Assembly (NCBI GenBank): GCA_963829055.1
Contig: CAWHHI010000020.1
Span: 480,001 to 544,000, forward strand
Source: an uncultured Gemmatimonadaceae bacterium
GTDB lineage: Bacteria > Gemmatimonadota > Gemmatimonadetes > Gemmatimonadales > Gemmatimonadaceae
Length of the DNA: 64,000 bases
Direction of reading: 5' to 3'
Shown here: positions 10,461-20,502 of the stretch, piece by piece
Layout of the letters: each line of letters begins with the position of its first letter
Position numbering within the stretch: position 1 is the first letter of the stretch
Notes under the pieces: model-generated
Told to the model about the DNA's origin: nothing
Databases searched by the model: none
The model's input: only the letters and a program-made list of their open reading frames with translations
Translations under genes and position numbers: made by a program

Positions 10461-11042
10461 CTATCCAGGTGGAGCGACCACGACATAGGTCGTCGAGGTG
10501 CCCGCGAATTGCGGTTGGTACCACGTGCTGCCGCACTGCTGGTACGTCAGTCCGTTCACGACGACAGCGCTGCAGGACGGCGGAATCGTATTGACGATCG
10601 ATCCGATCACGGCCGCCGTCACCGCGACCGCGGCCGTCACCGCGACCGCCGTCGCAACCGGGTTATAGCAGCAGCCCCCGCCGCCGTAGTAGGCACCGCC
10701 GCCATGGACGTTCACGTTGACGTTGTGGTCGACGTTCACGTTCACGTTCCGATTGATGTTCGTGTTGTTGTTGATGTTTGTGTTGTTGTTGATGTTCGCG
10801 TTGTTGTTCGTGTTGCGATTGGCGTTCGTATTCGAGCCCGCGGTGCGATTACTCGTGCTCGCGCTCGGGCTCTTGCCCGAGTTGACACTCGTTCGCGCAC
10901 TGCCTCGGGATGCGCCGCCACCACCACCGCCGCCGCCACCGCCTCCTCCTCCGCCACCGCCGCGTCTCTGCGCGAACGCCGACGACGCGACGAACAACAA
11001 CGCGACGCCTATCGTTAGCATCCGATGCACCAGCTTTTTCAT
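10461..11042 (-). CDS. Secreted Gly/Asn-rich low-complexity protein (DUF6515-like C-terminus)
   Basis: Signal peptide (AFA-Q), poly-Gly, NxN repeats, C-terminal IPPSCSAVVVNGLTYQQCGSTWYQP. Confidence 0.7.
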   Translation of the reverse strand: MKKLVHRMLTIGVALLFVASSAFAQRRGGGGGGGGGGGGGGGGASRGSARTSVNSGKSPSASTSNRTAGSNTNANRNTNNNANINNNTNINNNTNINRNVNVNVDHNVNVNVHGGGAYYGGGGCCYNPVATAVAVTAAVAVTAAVIGSIVNTIPPSCSAVVVNGLTYQQCGSTWYQPQFAGTSTTYVVVAPPG

Positions 11043-11053
11043 GTCCGACCTCC

Positions 11054-11842
11054 CTACTTCTTTTTGGCGTCAGTGCGCGCGGCGCTCATGTCCATGAACG
11101 TGATCTTCTTGGCATCGGGGGGCGGGACGAACACGAACGCCGCGTCGTTGAACGACGGCGCGAGGTTCCACGTGTACACCACCATGTGCTGCGGCCGCGC
11201 TTCGTCGGTCAGCGTCGTGAGGACGAGCTTGAGCGGCAGTGGATGGGAGCCTTTCTGAATCCAGATCTGCCAGTCGAGCCCGTCCTGTCGAAATGCGTAC
11301 TGCTCGCAGGTGATGTTTTCGACCACGCTGGGCCCGATGTCCGTCGCGGCCTTGATATCGGCGACACTCGACTTGGGCGTGCCCCAGAGAAACAGGTCCA
11401 CGAATGGCATCTCGATCTCGTACTTCTCGTCGAGTCGCGTGAGCAGCTCCCGTATCGTCGCCGGCGCGTCCACCGTGGCGTAGTAGCTCACGCGCGGAGC
11501 CCAGAGCGTGAACGACTTTCCGTCGTACAGGAACGTTCGCTCGATCCGATCGTTGACCACATTGGCCACCAATCGGTCTGGGTTGCGCACGAGCATGTCG
11601 GTGGCGCTCGTGTACTGGATTCGCTGCCCATCGGTGAGCACGTCATCCGACGTCACCCGCGCCTTGACCTGGTATTCCTTCAGGCCGCGCAAGTAGGCGC
11701 CCATATCGTTGAGCGCAGTGATGGCGTCGGGATCGATCGCGGAATTCGGCGGCGTCGCCTGGGCAGCGGCGACGGCCGGTGCACGTGCGGCCATCACGCA
11801 GGTCACGGCGAGCGAAATGGCAACGCAGCTCAAGCGGTTCAT
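11054..11842 (-). CDS. DUF2092 domain periplasmic protein
   Basis: DAITALNDMGAYLRGL, YDGKSFTL, YAFRQDGLDWQIWI, LPLKLVLT. Confidence 0.85.
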   Translation of the reverse strand: MNRLSCVAISLAVTCVMAARAPAVAAAQATPPNSAIDPDAITALNDMGAYLRGLKEYQVKARVTSDDVLTDGQRIQYTSATDMLVRNPDRLVANVVNDRIERTFLYDGKSFTLWAPRVSYYATVDAPATIRELLTRLDEKYEIEMPFVDLFLWGTPKSSVADIKAATDIGPSVVENITCEQYAFRQDGLDWQIWIQKGSHPLPLKLVLTTLTDEARPQHMVVYTWNLAPSFNDAAFVFVPPPDAKKITFMDMSAARTDAKKK

Positions 11843-11905
11843 CAGGTGTCCTCCATGCGTGGCCGACAGCGACTTCCAGCATGGGTTGGCTCACCGCTGG
11901 CGACT

Positions 11906-11918
11906 ATTGCACCTTCGG
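11906..11918 (-). promoter_or_regulatory. Shared cluster operator CCGAAGGTGCAAT
   Basis: CATGCT follows after 22 bp; 64 bp before the DUF2092 ATG. Confidence 0.7.
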
Positions 11919-11997
11919 GTCATGCGTCAGCGCCTTGCCCGAGATGGCTCGCATCGCCGTCGTGCTGTTTCCCGCCGTGCACCGGCGGTCGGCGGCG

Positions 11998-12381
11998 TTA
12001 GCGGGTCGAGACTGTCGAGAAATTGAGCGGGCTCCCCACCCGTAGCTCGATCAGCTGTCCCGGCATCACTGTGATCGCGTCCGTCAGATAGCCGCGGGAC
12101 GCGCCTATCGGATCGACCAGCAGGCGCGCCGACTCGGTCGAAACGACCCCCTGTTTGATGCGGAACGTCGCATGACTAAGGCCGGTAACGGTTCCCATTC
12201 GGATCCGCGCGGTACCATGCACGAGGTAGATGACGACATCCAGCCAGTAGTCGTTCTGGACAACCAGCTGACTCGACTGTTGGCTTGCCGAGCCTGCGCC
12301 GGCCCCGCGCGCCGCGCACGCGCCCATGGCCGCTTCCATAGTTACGAGGGCGAGCACGGGGGTAAGTGCCGTGAATCGCAT
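11998..12381 (-). CDS. Hypothetical small lipoprotein
   Basis: GGAGG RBS and ATG at 12381; lipobox-like MGAC; beta-rich body. Confidence 0.6.
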   Translation of the reverse strand: MRFTALTPVLALVTMEAAMGACAARGAGAGSASQQSSQLVVQNDYWLDVVIYLVHGTARIRMGTVTGLSHATFRIKQGVVSTESARLLVDPIGASRGYLTDAITVMPGQLIELRVGSPLNFSTVSTR

Positions 12382-12452
12382 CGGTCCTCCCTGCTCCGTG
12401 GTTTTTGGAGCGTTAGGCGATACTATGGTACACGCCCATGGCAATATCAGCA

Positions 12453-12464
12453 ATTGGACTATGG
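12453..12464 (-). promoter_or_regulatory. Shared cluster operator CCATAGTCCAAT
   Basis: TACCAT follows after 22 bp; 72 bp before the lipoprotein ATG; identical 12-mer at 5945-5956 (+). Confidence 0.7.
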
Positions 12465-12536
12465 ATGGAACAGGGCGACGCCGCCGCCGTAGCTTCCATC
12501 TGCGGGCCGCGCCGGAGGCCTACGCCAGCGCGGCTC

Positions 12537-13310
12537 TCACTTCATCGTCGCGCGCACGTCAACCAATGCCTGGTCGAACGAGCTCACGCGGATGAGCCCC
12601 AGGCGCGGGTACTCGAGGTCCATGATGACATAGCTGGCGACCGCGGTCGTGGCCGCGAACCCGATCATGTAGACCCAGTTGCGCGCGTGTGCGCCCGCCA
12701 TGCCGTAGCCCGCCAACAACGCGGCCGCCAGGGCCACAGTCGCCAGCATCACCCAGATCACGGGGTGCGGGTGCATCTGCCCCGCGAGCAACCGGGCCTC
12801 CGCGATGTCGAACATCTCGTTCAGCGCCGGGATGAGCAGCACCCGCGCCGGCTCGCCCCCCGGGGCGACAGAGGCGGCGACAGAGCGCGCCCATATGTCG
12901 TCCTGGGCGCGCGCGGCGTTCGCCAACTCGATCTTCGCCGCCGAGAGATCGGGGAGCTTGCGGTAGGCAGCCAGCCTTGCGTCGAGGTAGCGTCGAAAGC
13001 CATCCCGAATCGCCGACTGCGGTTCCGCCGGCAAAAGGTCGATGCGCAGCCAGGCGGTGCCGATCGCGTTGACCTCCTGGACGATCATCTCGCGTCGGCC
13101 CTCGAATCGGTTCGCCGCGCCGGAGAACGTGAATCCCATGAGCAGCGCGAGGAGGCCGAACACCGCGCCCTCCACGATGCCGACGCCTCCACGCCCGGCC
13201 GGATCCCGTGCGAGCTCCCGGTTGCCGATACGCCGGCCGAGTTCCAGGAAGAGGAGCAGGCCGGCAAAGAGGCCGCCGGCGAACGCGAGCGCGAGGAGCA
13301 TGAAACTCAC
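12537..13310 (-). CDS. DUF4239 / bestrophin-like membrane protein
   Basis: GAVFGLLALLMGFTFSGA, EVNAIGTAWLRIDLLP, IMDLEYPRLGLIRV. Confidence 0.8.
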   Translation of the reverse strand: MSFMLLALAFAGGLFAGLLLFLELGRRIGNRELARDPAGRGGVGIVEGAVFGLLALLMGFTFSGAANRFEGRREMIVQEVNAIGTAWLRIDLLPAEPQSAIRDGFRRYLDARLAAYRKLPDLSAAKIELANAARAQDDIWARSVAASVAPGGEPARVLLIPALNEMFDIAEARLLAGQMHPHPVIWVMLATVALAAALLAGYGMAGAHARNWVYMIGFAATTAVASYVIMDLEYPRLGLIRVSSFDQALVDVRATMK

Positions 13311-13555
13311 GATTGGGCCTAACGAGAATGGTCGATCATGGGACGTCGCCGAGCAGGTGGGTGCGGCGGGTGGAGAGGAGGAACACCTGTTCGTCGGGAC
13401 TCTGTCCCTGGAACACCGGATCGACCGGCCGCCTGGACATCGTTAGGCGCCTGCCGGGCGTACGGCGGCTCTCCGGTCTCAGCGGCCCATCCGGGCGCGA
13501 GACGATTTCATCCCACATGCGGCCGAGAAGGCCAATCATGGAAATACACCTGCAC

Positions 13556-13587
13556 GGCTGCCGGCGCCCCGCGGGGCGCCGGCAGCC
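13556..13587. terminator. Perfect 32-bp GC-rich palindrome, probable terminator or RNA-stability hairpin
   Basis: GGCTGCCGGCGCCCCG/CGGGGCGCCGGCAGCC, about 30 bp downstream of the stop at 13615; no clear U tract. Confidence 0.55.
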
Positions 13588-13614
13588 ACCTACCACATTG
13601 CACCGAATGCGCGG

Positions 13615-14290
13615 TCAGAACGCGACAATGAGTCCGCCGCCGAAACTGCCCTGATGCAGCCACGCCGTACCCTCGGCCGCGTAGCACCCGTAGTAGCTGC
13701 ACCACGTGCCATACTCGCCGGACGGGACGGGCGTCACCATCCACCGGGCGTCAAAGCGCAAGCCGAAGCGACTTTCCGGCCTCATCCACTTCGCGCCTCC
13801 GCCGAGCGTCCAGGAGAACCGCGTAGAGCTATCGAGGTTTTGGCCCTTGGGGTCCAGGATGTTCACGCCGAGGGACCCTGAAATGAACGGTTTCAAAGCC
13901 TTCACCCAGCGGGAGGTCCTGCCTGAAGCCCAGCTGGATGTAGTTGTTCGCGAAGTCGCCAACCGTTTGCGTTGCGACGGAGGGCAGATCGGAATTGAAA
14001 TCGACATCCGTGTCCTGGCGCAGATACCAGATCTCCGCCGCCGAAGTGGCGCTCGTGAGGAAGCTAGTGATTCCGCCCCAGCTGACCGAGCTGTTCTCCG
14101 AGAGCTTCCCCGAGGCGATGTTGGCGAGTGCGTCCGTGTCGAACGTCCCTCCTGTCTGATAGGCGCCGAACGGGGTGATCTCGAACCGGTGCGTGGCACC
14201 GTAGTACTGGGCTTGACTGGATGCCGTGACCCCGACGAGCAGCGTCGCGGCCAGCACCGACACGCGCGCGGACGATCGCATACGGAACAT
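13615..14290 (-). CDS. Outer-membrane beta-barrel protein (frameshift near 13915)
   Basis: GGAGG RBS and ATG at 14290; signal peptide; FEITPFGAY; FSWTLGGGAKW; GLRFDARW; C-terminal GGGLIVAF. Confidence 0.7.
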
Positions 14291-14430
14291 GGTAGTCCTC
14301 CATCTCGAATACGTTAGGTATCGTCTCGGATCAGCGCGCATGGGGAGCGAAAGCCGAGGTCGAGTCCAGTCCGGGACCGGTCCCGGACGTGGAGTGCGTT
14401 GGATGATTGTCGACTGCCAGCCGCGCGGCC

Positions 14431-14442
14431 ATTGCACCTTCG
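14431..14442 (-). promoter_or_regulatory. Shared cluster operator CGAAGGTGCAAT
   Basis: AATCAT follows after 22 bp; upstream of the barrel gene starting at 14290. Confidence 0.65.
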
Positions 14443-15052
14443 TGCATCGACCGGTTCGCGAAGTTGACCGCCCCTGGGACCGCGGACGGCACCCTGAAGG
14501 CGACCTCCGCCCTCGACTTCGCGGCGAGACACGCGACCCGAAGGTCGTGCCATTGATCTTCAGCGTCTGTCTCCCGACGCGTCGGACGCCGGGTCCCGGG
14601 CGGGCAGCCGCACGCCACCGGTCGATGCGTGGTCGAGCCGGAGACGCTCGACGCACGAATCCGACAGTGCACACACCGCTAGCGCCACCACGAAGACCGC
14701 GCGGACCAGCAACGCCTCTCTCGTTAGGCGATAGCCGTGGAAGTCGCGGGACAGGTGTGTGCGCATCCGATGACCACCTCGGAACGCGATGAGACGTCGC
14801 ACCGTTCTCGGTCCGCACGGAAGCCCCACCCCCAAACCGAGTCCGTGGATGAGGGTAAGGACGGGCCGGCGGGGCCGCCCATTGTACCTTCGGGCAATCC
14901 ACGGGATGCCCACGATGGTCGGCGAGGCGCGTTAGGTGAGTTGGGCCAAGGTGCACTAGCCATTGCGGCGGGGCTCGCCAACGTTGACGACAGTCGCGTT
15001 GCGCGCACCCCTACGGAATGAGCGGGAGCATCGCGTTGCCAACGAGGTCGCC

Positions 15053-16045
15053 GTGTCACACCGATGGTCCGCGCCAAGCTATCGAACCCTGCTCGCTGCT
15101 GTCGGGGCCGCCGGGTTGGCCGCCAGTGCCGCTCCCGCGCAGAATGCCACCAGTGCTCCCGCGCAGGAATCGTGCGGCCGATGCCTCTCCGGATTCCACT
15201 TCCTCCCATCGAGCATTGTAGGCGATCCGTTCGCCACGACCTATTTCCAGAACTCCACCGGTGGAGGCATGGCGAGCAACCTGGACGTCCCCGTGCGCAA
15301 CCTGGACGGCGACGTGATCGGGTCGCTCAGTGGCGATATCGGCTTTCTGCTGGTCACGTTCGACTATCAGAAATCCATCGCGCGATGGCTCGCGTTGAAT
15401 GCGAGCATGAACGCCGTCGGACGAATCGGTACGAGCACTGAGGCCGTCGTCGCAACTGGCGTGTCGGCGGCGTTCGGCGGCTCCCTCGGCGCGACAGTCC
15501 CGCTTTTCCGCTGGCCCAGCATCGTCCTGTCGGCGATCGGCGAGGTTCGACGCAGTTCGGCGTACGAGGTGGACCCGTACACCTTCGTGAGGGAAGTCGT
15601 GGACAGCGGCTACACGGAGGAGGCGAAGAGCCTGTTGCTCGAGAATAGCAAGGTCAATCGCTACCTGCTCGGACTCCGCGGCGCCTGGGGCCTCAAGCCG
15701 TGGCTCGGCCTGAGCGCACAGATAGACCTGGGTCAGGCCGACACTCCCGCTCAGGGCGGGGAGTCCATCACCGGATACGGCCTGCAGGCCGGGTTCGATT
15801 TCGCGAAGCTGAGCCGAGTCCCCGTGGCCGCATCACTCGCCTTTCGGGGGCTCAGCGGCCCGGGCCGCAACGGAGACGTCACCGGCGGCGGCTATCAGGT
15901 AACCGAATTGGGAATCTTCTATACGGGTCGCCCGACGTTCACCGTCGGCAGTGAGTTCTTCTGGTCGAAAGTCGCGGTCCGTGCCGACGACGTGCCAGAC
16001 CTCAAAGCGGTCCAATTCCGAATCGTGACCCGGCTCAATTTCTGA
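15053..16045 (+). CDS. Secreted putative outer-membrane beta-barrel protein with N-terminal CxxC; paralog of 322-1290
   Basis: ORF 14963..16045, probable GTG at 15053; ESCGRCLSGFHFLPSS; ends FRIVTRLNF. Confidence 0.65.
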   Translation: MSHRWSAPSYRTLLAAVGAAGLAASAAPAQNATSAPAQESCGRCLSGFHFLPSSIVGDPFATTYFQNSTGGGMASNLDVPVRNLDGDVIGSLSGDIGFLLVTFDYQKSIARWLALNASMNAVGRIGTSTEAVVATGVSAAFGGSLGATVPLFRWPSIVLSAIGEVRRSSAYEVDPYTFVREVVDSGYTEEAKSLLLENSKVNRYLLGLRGAWGLKPWLGLSAQIDLGQADTPAQGGESITGYGLQAGFDFAKLSRVPVAASLAFRGLSGPGRNGDVTGGGYQVTELGIFYTGRPTFTVGSEFFWSKVAVRADDVPDLKAVQFRIVTRLNF

Positions 16046-16082
16046 TCGTTTGGGCAAAGTCGTTGCTTTTCCAGGGAGGCAT

Positions 16083-17034
16083 TCAACCTCCGCCGACCGT
16101 CGGTCGTGCCGGCCGGCGAATCCTCGTGGTCTGCCATCCGACAGTCCACGTGGTGAAGTTGGACCCCGCTCGCGTGATAGCGCCCCTCGACCACGCAAGC
16201 CTCAGCGCGTTGCTCCGCGTTACCGGCAACGACGCCGTGAGTCCGACACGCGTGTTCTCCTGGCGCTCCGGTGCCGGCACGTCGTCGACCGCTGACCGTC
16301 CACCCGAGTAGAACGTGGCATTGGCCGAGACCCAGAGCCGCGGCCCGAACAGGTACCCGACGTGCGACTGCAGCGATAGCAATGGGTCCTGCGTCTTCTT
16401 CTGGTCGCCGAGGAAGGACGAATTGGGCGTAAAAAACCACGCACCCCCGAAGAGCTCGAGCGTCCACGGACCAACGGGTCGAGAGAAGCCAACCTCTGGC
16501 TTGAATGCCCACCGGTTCGTTCCGACGTTTACGAGCTTGTCGGACGAAGTACTGGCCAGTCGGCATGGCGATCGTCACGCTCGTACCGACATACGTCGAC
16601 GGCTTGTGACGCACGAACTCCCCCAGTGACATCGCTCGGCCGCCTAACAAGCCCACGGCAAACCGCAAGCGAGCGTCGGCGAGTCCCGAGCGGTCCACGC
16701 GTGCCGCAACTTCCTGGACGTTGCCCGTGATCTTGGCCCACGCGTACGGCACCCCGACCGACACGTTCGCCGTTCGACCGGCAAGCGCGAACGTCCCGCC
16801 TACGCCGATCGCCGTGGTATATACCGTTGCGCGAACATCACTCAAGGGACTCGTCGCGTCGAACGCGATGCCGCCCGTGGTGTAACCTAACGACACGCCG
16901 CTGAACAATACGCCGAGCGGGGTTGCGGCGTACGCGCGTGGCTCGATCTCCTGCGGGCGAGCGGTATCGACACTCGCCGCCATCAGCGCGGCCATCGCCC
17001 AGGCGCCGGGCGAAATCCGGCGTAGCGCGATCAC
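16083..17034 (-). CDS. Outer-membrane transporter, Phenol_MetA_deg / COG4313-like (frameshift near 16545)
   Basis: QEIEPRAYA, SGLADARLR, PTGQY and, in the second frame, NVGTNRWAFKPEVG. Confidence 0.7.
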
Positions 17035-17801
17035 TCCGGCTCCGGTGCCTTCTTCGGCTTACGTCCGCCGAGCGTGATCCGACCCGACCCACTCAACACC
17101 TGATTGTGCAACGAGGGCCCCGAGCCTCGAAGAATATCGGTCAATCCCTGGTAGTACCGAACGCCGATCCCGATGCCCAGCCCCGGGATTCGATACTCGG
17201 CATTGAATGCCACCCCGGCATCGAATCGCTCGATGGACTGCTCGATGTCGTTCTCGACGACGGTGGAGGTGCCCTGCGGCGTGGTGCCGGCATAACGATC
17301 GTTGGCCGAGAGCAGAATGCCGAGCTGTGGTCCAGCGCCAACGCGAATCCCGCCGTCGCGATGCTGTGCCCACTGCACCAGCACCGGAATGTCCAGATAG
17401 CCGAGGTTTCGCTCCATCCTGCCCCCGACGATGAGCGGATCGAGCGCCGCGTCGTTCAATGGAATTGGATCGGCATCCTTGGCGCCCTTCGCGGAGAGTG
17501 GTATCACCCCGGTGAACAGGTGATAGTGCTCGCTGAAGCGCCACGATCCGAAGAGACCGAACAGCGTGCCCCGCGCGAACGCAGCGCCGCTCAAGTCGCT
17601 GACGTTCGCGAGGTTCATCCCGATCTCGAGCCCGATGTTGAAGTTGTCGGACGCGAGCTTGTCGCCGAACAGCATGGCGAGGACGACCTGCGCGGGCGCG
17701 CGCGACGGACACGCCGCGCCGATCACCGTTGCGGTCACCGTGATCACCGCGAGGCGCGCGGCTCGCCTCACCATCTCCCTCACCGGCACGGCCCTGCGCA
17801 T
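17031..17801 (-). CDS. Porin-family / OMP beta-barrel protein
   Basis: QVVLAMLFGDKL, YLDIPVL, GAGPQLGIL, GVRYYQGLTDI. Confidence 0.7.
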   Translation of the reverse strand: MRRAVPVREMVRRAARLAVITVTATVIGAACPSRAPAQVVLAMLFGDKLASDNFNIGLEIGMNLANVSDLSGAAFARGTLFGLFGSWRFSEHYHLFTGVIPLSAKGAKDADPIPLNDAALDPLIVGGRMERNLGYLDIPVLVQWAQHRDGGIRVGAGPQLGILLSANDRYAGTTPQGTSTVVENDIEQSIERFDAGVAFNAEYRIPGLGIGIGVRYYQGLTDILRGSGPSLHNQVLSGSGRITLGGRKPKKAPEPE

Positions 17802-17876
17802 GCTGTTGTCCAGGCTCGAAGGTGACGTGTTGGTCCACGGAGCACCCTACGATTGCGACTCGTCGTGCACGCGACC

Positions 17877-17888
17877 ATTGCACCTTCG
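17877..17888 (-). promoter_or_regulatory. Shared cluster operator CGAAGGTGCAAT
   Basis: AATCGT follows after 22 bp; 76 bp before the porin ATG. Confidence 0.7.
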
Positions 17889-17906
17889 CCCAGATCAGAT
17901 CCCAGA

Positions 17907-18290
17907 TCACATTGGCACCGGCAGGACCGATTCCACGGCCTCCCGCAGCGCCCCGAGCCGAATGGGTTTCGTCAGATATCCCGCGCAGCCTTCGTCGCGA
18001 GCGCGTCGCTCCAGATTCGGGTAGCCGGTGAGAAGAACCACCGGAATGTCTCCGGTCGACTTCGACGCTTTGAGGCAGCGCACCACCTCCCATCCGTCAG
18101 CACCCGCAAGCGACAGGTCCAGCAGAATCACGTCCGGATGCTCGTCGCGCGCGATGCGCAGCCCATCGATTCCGGTCATCGCTGTGAGCACCCGATAGCC
18201 GGCGTGACCGAGGCCAGCTGAAAACACAACGCACGTGTCCTCATCGTCCTCCACGATCAGGACCTTCGCTCCGGCGGTTGCCACGCCCAT
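17907..18290 (-). CDS. Single-domain response regulator
   Basis: KVLIVEDD, PDVILLDLSL, IPVVLLTG, YLTKP. Confidence 0.9.
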   Translation of the reverse strand: MGVATAGAKVLIVEDDEDTCVVFSAGLGHAGYRVLTAMTGIDGLRIARDEHPDVILLDLSLAGADGWEVVRCLKASKSTGDIPVVLLTGYPNLERRARDEGCAGYLTKPIRLGALREAVESVLPVPM

Positions 18291-18380
18291 CGAACACCTC
18301 CCGACATTTTCCGGCAATTCTTCTGGCGAATTCTGGCCAGTTCTGGCGGACGATATTTTTGGCGCGAACGGCTTAGACCG

Positions 18381-20336
18381 CTACTGGGGCCTAGGTCCTA
18401 TACCGCTCGGTTCGGCATTCTCTGGAGGCTCACCGAACGCGTGGTCCGAGCGTGCGGCCGCTCGGCGGATCAGCTCCATCACGTGCACGACGACGCTGCT
18501 CGATTCACCCTGGCGGGTCAGCATCTCGATCCCCCAGGTCAGGTCGAGTCCACGGACCCGCACGGCGGCCAGGCCGGCCGGTGGCAATCGCAGGTGCGTA
18601 CGAAATCCAAGACACCACCCTTCACCGCGTCGCGCCACGGACCACATCGTCTGAAGTCCCTGGTACTCGCGCTCGATCCGAGGGTAAAACTCCTGCGCTG
18701 CGAACAGCAGCATCGTTCGGTCGTAGAACGCCGGATACACCCAACGCGGCACGAAGAGAAACGGAAACTCACCGAGGTCGGCCAACGCGATCTCGTCGCG
18801 CATGGCGAGGCGATGCTCGGGCGGCAGCAGCACGCAGCAGATCGGGTCATCGATCAGCTGGTGGCGCTCGAGTTGCGCCAGGAACGGCGTCACGGATGTG
18901 AACGCGTAGCAGAGCCCCACGTCGGCCTCTCCAGACACGAGCGCGTTAGGCTGGTCTGTCGTCGGCATCTCGACGAATCGCACGTGCGCGTCCGGCAGCT
19001 CGCTGGCAGCAGCACGTACGAGTGCGCCGACCAGGTGCCCGGTGACGAACGCCGGAATGACGGCCACGATACAGTGACCTGTCGCGCCGCGCGTGGCGCG
19101 ATGTGCGTCGGCCGCGACGCCGGTAACGCGATCGAGTATGCGTTGAGCGTCTGCCGCGAAGGTCTCACCAGCCGCGGTTGGTACCACGCCCGTCGGCTGA
19201 CGCTCGAGCAGCTGCACGCCGAACATGCGTTCGAGATCGTGCATCTGCCGCGAGAGCGTTGGTTGCGTGATCGCGAGCCGTCGCGCGGCTCGCCCAACGC
19301 TCCGTTCCTCGACGACCGCCAGAAAGTAGCGAAGGTGCCGGAGCTCCAGGGCCCGCAGCGCCGTCATGTCGGATGCCAGCTCGTACGGTTGGCCCTGTTG
19401 GCCTGCCGGGATGACGGATCGGATTGCGCCCGGCGATGCGGTGTGGGCGGGCTCGCGCGCGATCGTGAGCAGTGCGTCGCGCACGGTACGGACAACCCCC
19501 GGCAGCCGGCCACGCTTGGAGATAACGTGCATCGCGATCGGCGCAGCGAGGTCCTCAACGGGAACCACCACGTTCTCCGGCGGAACCCACGCGGCGAGCG
19601 CACGGATGAACGGCGTCCACGCCTTACCGGCGGCGATCACCGCGAATGCGTCGGCAACGCCCTCCGTCGTCTGGATCGGCGCAGGCGGGGTGACGCGTGC
19701 GGCAATCTGTTCGCACACGCGGCGGTGATCACCCTCGAGACCCACCGGGCTGACGATCGTTTCGGTCGCCAGCTCGGACAGTCGAATGCTCGCGCGGCCT
19801 GCCAGCGGATGCCTGCTGGCCAGTACGGCGGCGTCGCAGTAGTTGACGACGAGGACTCGAGACTCGAGGTCCGTGAACTCGCGCGACGCTTCGACTCCGA
19901 TGCCGAGATCGGCTTCGCCGGACCGGATCGCGAGCCACTGTGTCGGCCCCGTTCCTTCGATGACGCCAAGCTCCACCATCGGGCAATCACGGGCGACCGC
20001 CGACATGAGACCCGCGATCAAACCATTCCACGTCGGCACCAGGCCCGCGCAAATGGAGCATTGGCCCGCCAGCCCGCGACTCGCCGATCGCGTGCGCTCG
20101 AGCGCCTGGGTGATCTCCTCCGTGATGGCGCGAGCCGTGACCGCGACGGACTCACCGGCGGGTGTAAGACGGAACGATCGCCGGTCGCGCACGATCAGCC
20201 GTTCGTTCAGCTCACGTTCGAGATCCTGGATCTGACGCGACAGAGCTGGCTGCGCCAGTCGAAGACGCTCGGCGGCGCGCACGAACCCGCCCTCGTCGGC
20301 GACTGCGAGGAAGTACCTGAGGTGGCGCAAGTCCAC
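18381..20336 (-). CDS. Tandem (double) LysR-family transcriptional regulator
   Basis: Two complete HTH plus effector units in one frame: VDLRHLRYF...AQPALSRQIQDLE and LELRHLRYF...TQPTLSRQMHDLE; probable GTG start at 20336. Confidence 0.85.
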   Translation of the reverse strand: MDLRHLRYFLAVADEGGFVRAAERLRLAQPALSRQIQDLERELNERLIVRDRRSFRLTPAGESVAVTARAITEEITQALERTRSASRGLAGQCSICAGLVPTWNGLIAGLMSAVARDCPMVELGVIEGTGPTQWLAIRSGEADLGIGVEASREFTDLESRVLVVNYCDAAVLASRHPLAGRASIRLSELATETIVSPVGLEGDHRRVCEQIAARVTPPAPIQTTEGVADAFAVIAAGKAWTPFIRALAAWVPPENVVVPVEDLAAPIAMHVISKRGRLPGVVRTVRDALLTIAREPAHTASPGAIRSVIPAGQQGQPYELASDMTALRALELRHLRYFLAVVEERSVGRAARRLAITQPTLSRQMHDLERMFGVQLLERQPTGVVPTAAGETFAADAQRILDRVTGVAADAHRATRGATGHCIVAVIPAFVTGHLVGALVRAAASELPDAHVRFVEMPTTDQPNALVSGEADVGLCYAFTSVTPFLAQLERHQLIDDPICCVLLPPEHRLAMRDEIALADLGEFPFLFVPRWVYPAFYDRTMLLFAAQEFYPRIEREYQGLQTMWSVARRGEGWCLGFRTHLRLPPAGLAAVRVRGLDLTWGIEMLTRQGESSSVVVHVMELIRRAAARSDHAFGEPPENAEPSGIGPRPQ

Positions 20337-20502
20337 AAAGACGCTCCGAACCGAAATGCATGAGTTCTCACCAGGGCATGGCTTTTCATACAAGAAAGTC
20401 TTAGCGGCGGATATTGGCCTCTGGTTACCTCTTAAAAGCGCGCTGCGAACCAGACCTGGGTTCGCGCGCTGACTGTTTCGGCCCGAAGCGGGCCTTGACC
20501 AG

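Noticed and set aside
13597..13608. Additional copy of the cluster operator (ATTGCACCGAAT)
   Set aside because: Only half the consensus matches, there is no -10-like hexamer at 22 bp, and it abuts the terminator palindrome.
18441..20363. Long antisense ORF (640 aa) and similar shadow ORFs across the window
   Set aside because: They lie opposite recognisable genes and are expected from stop-codon scarcity at high GC; no protein motifs.
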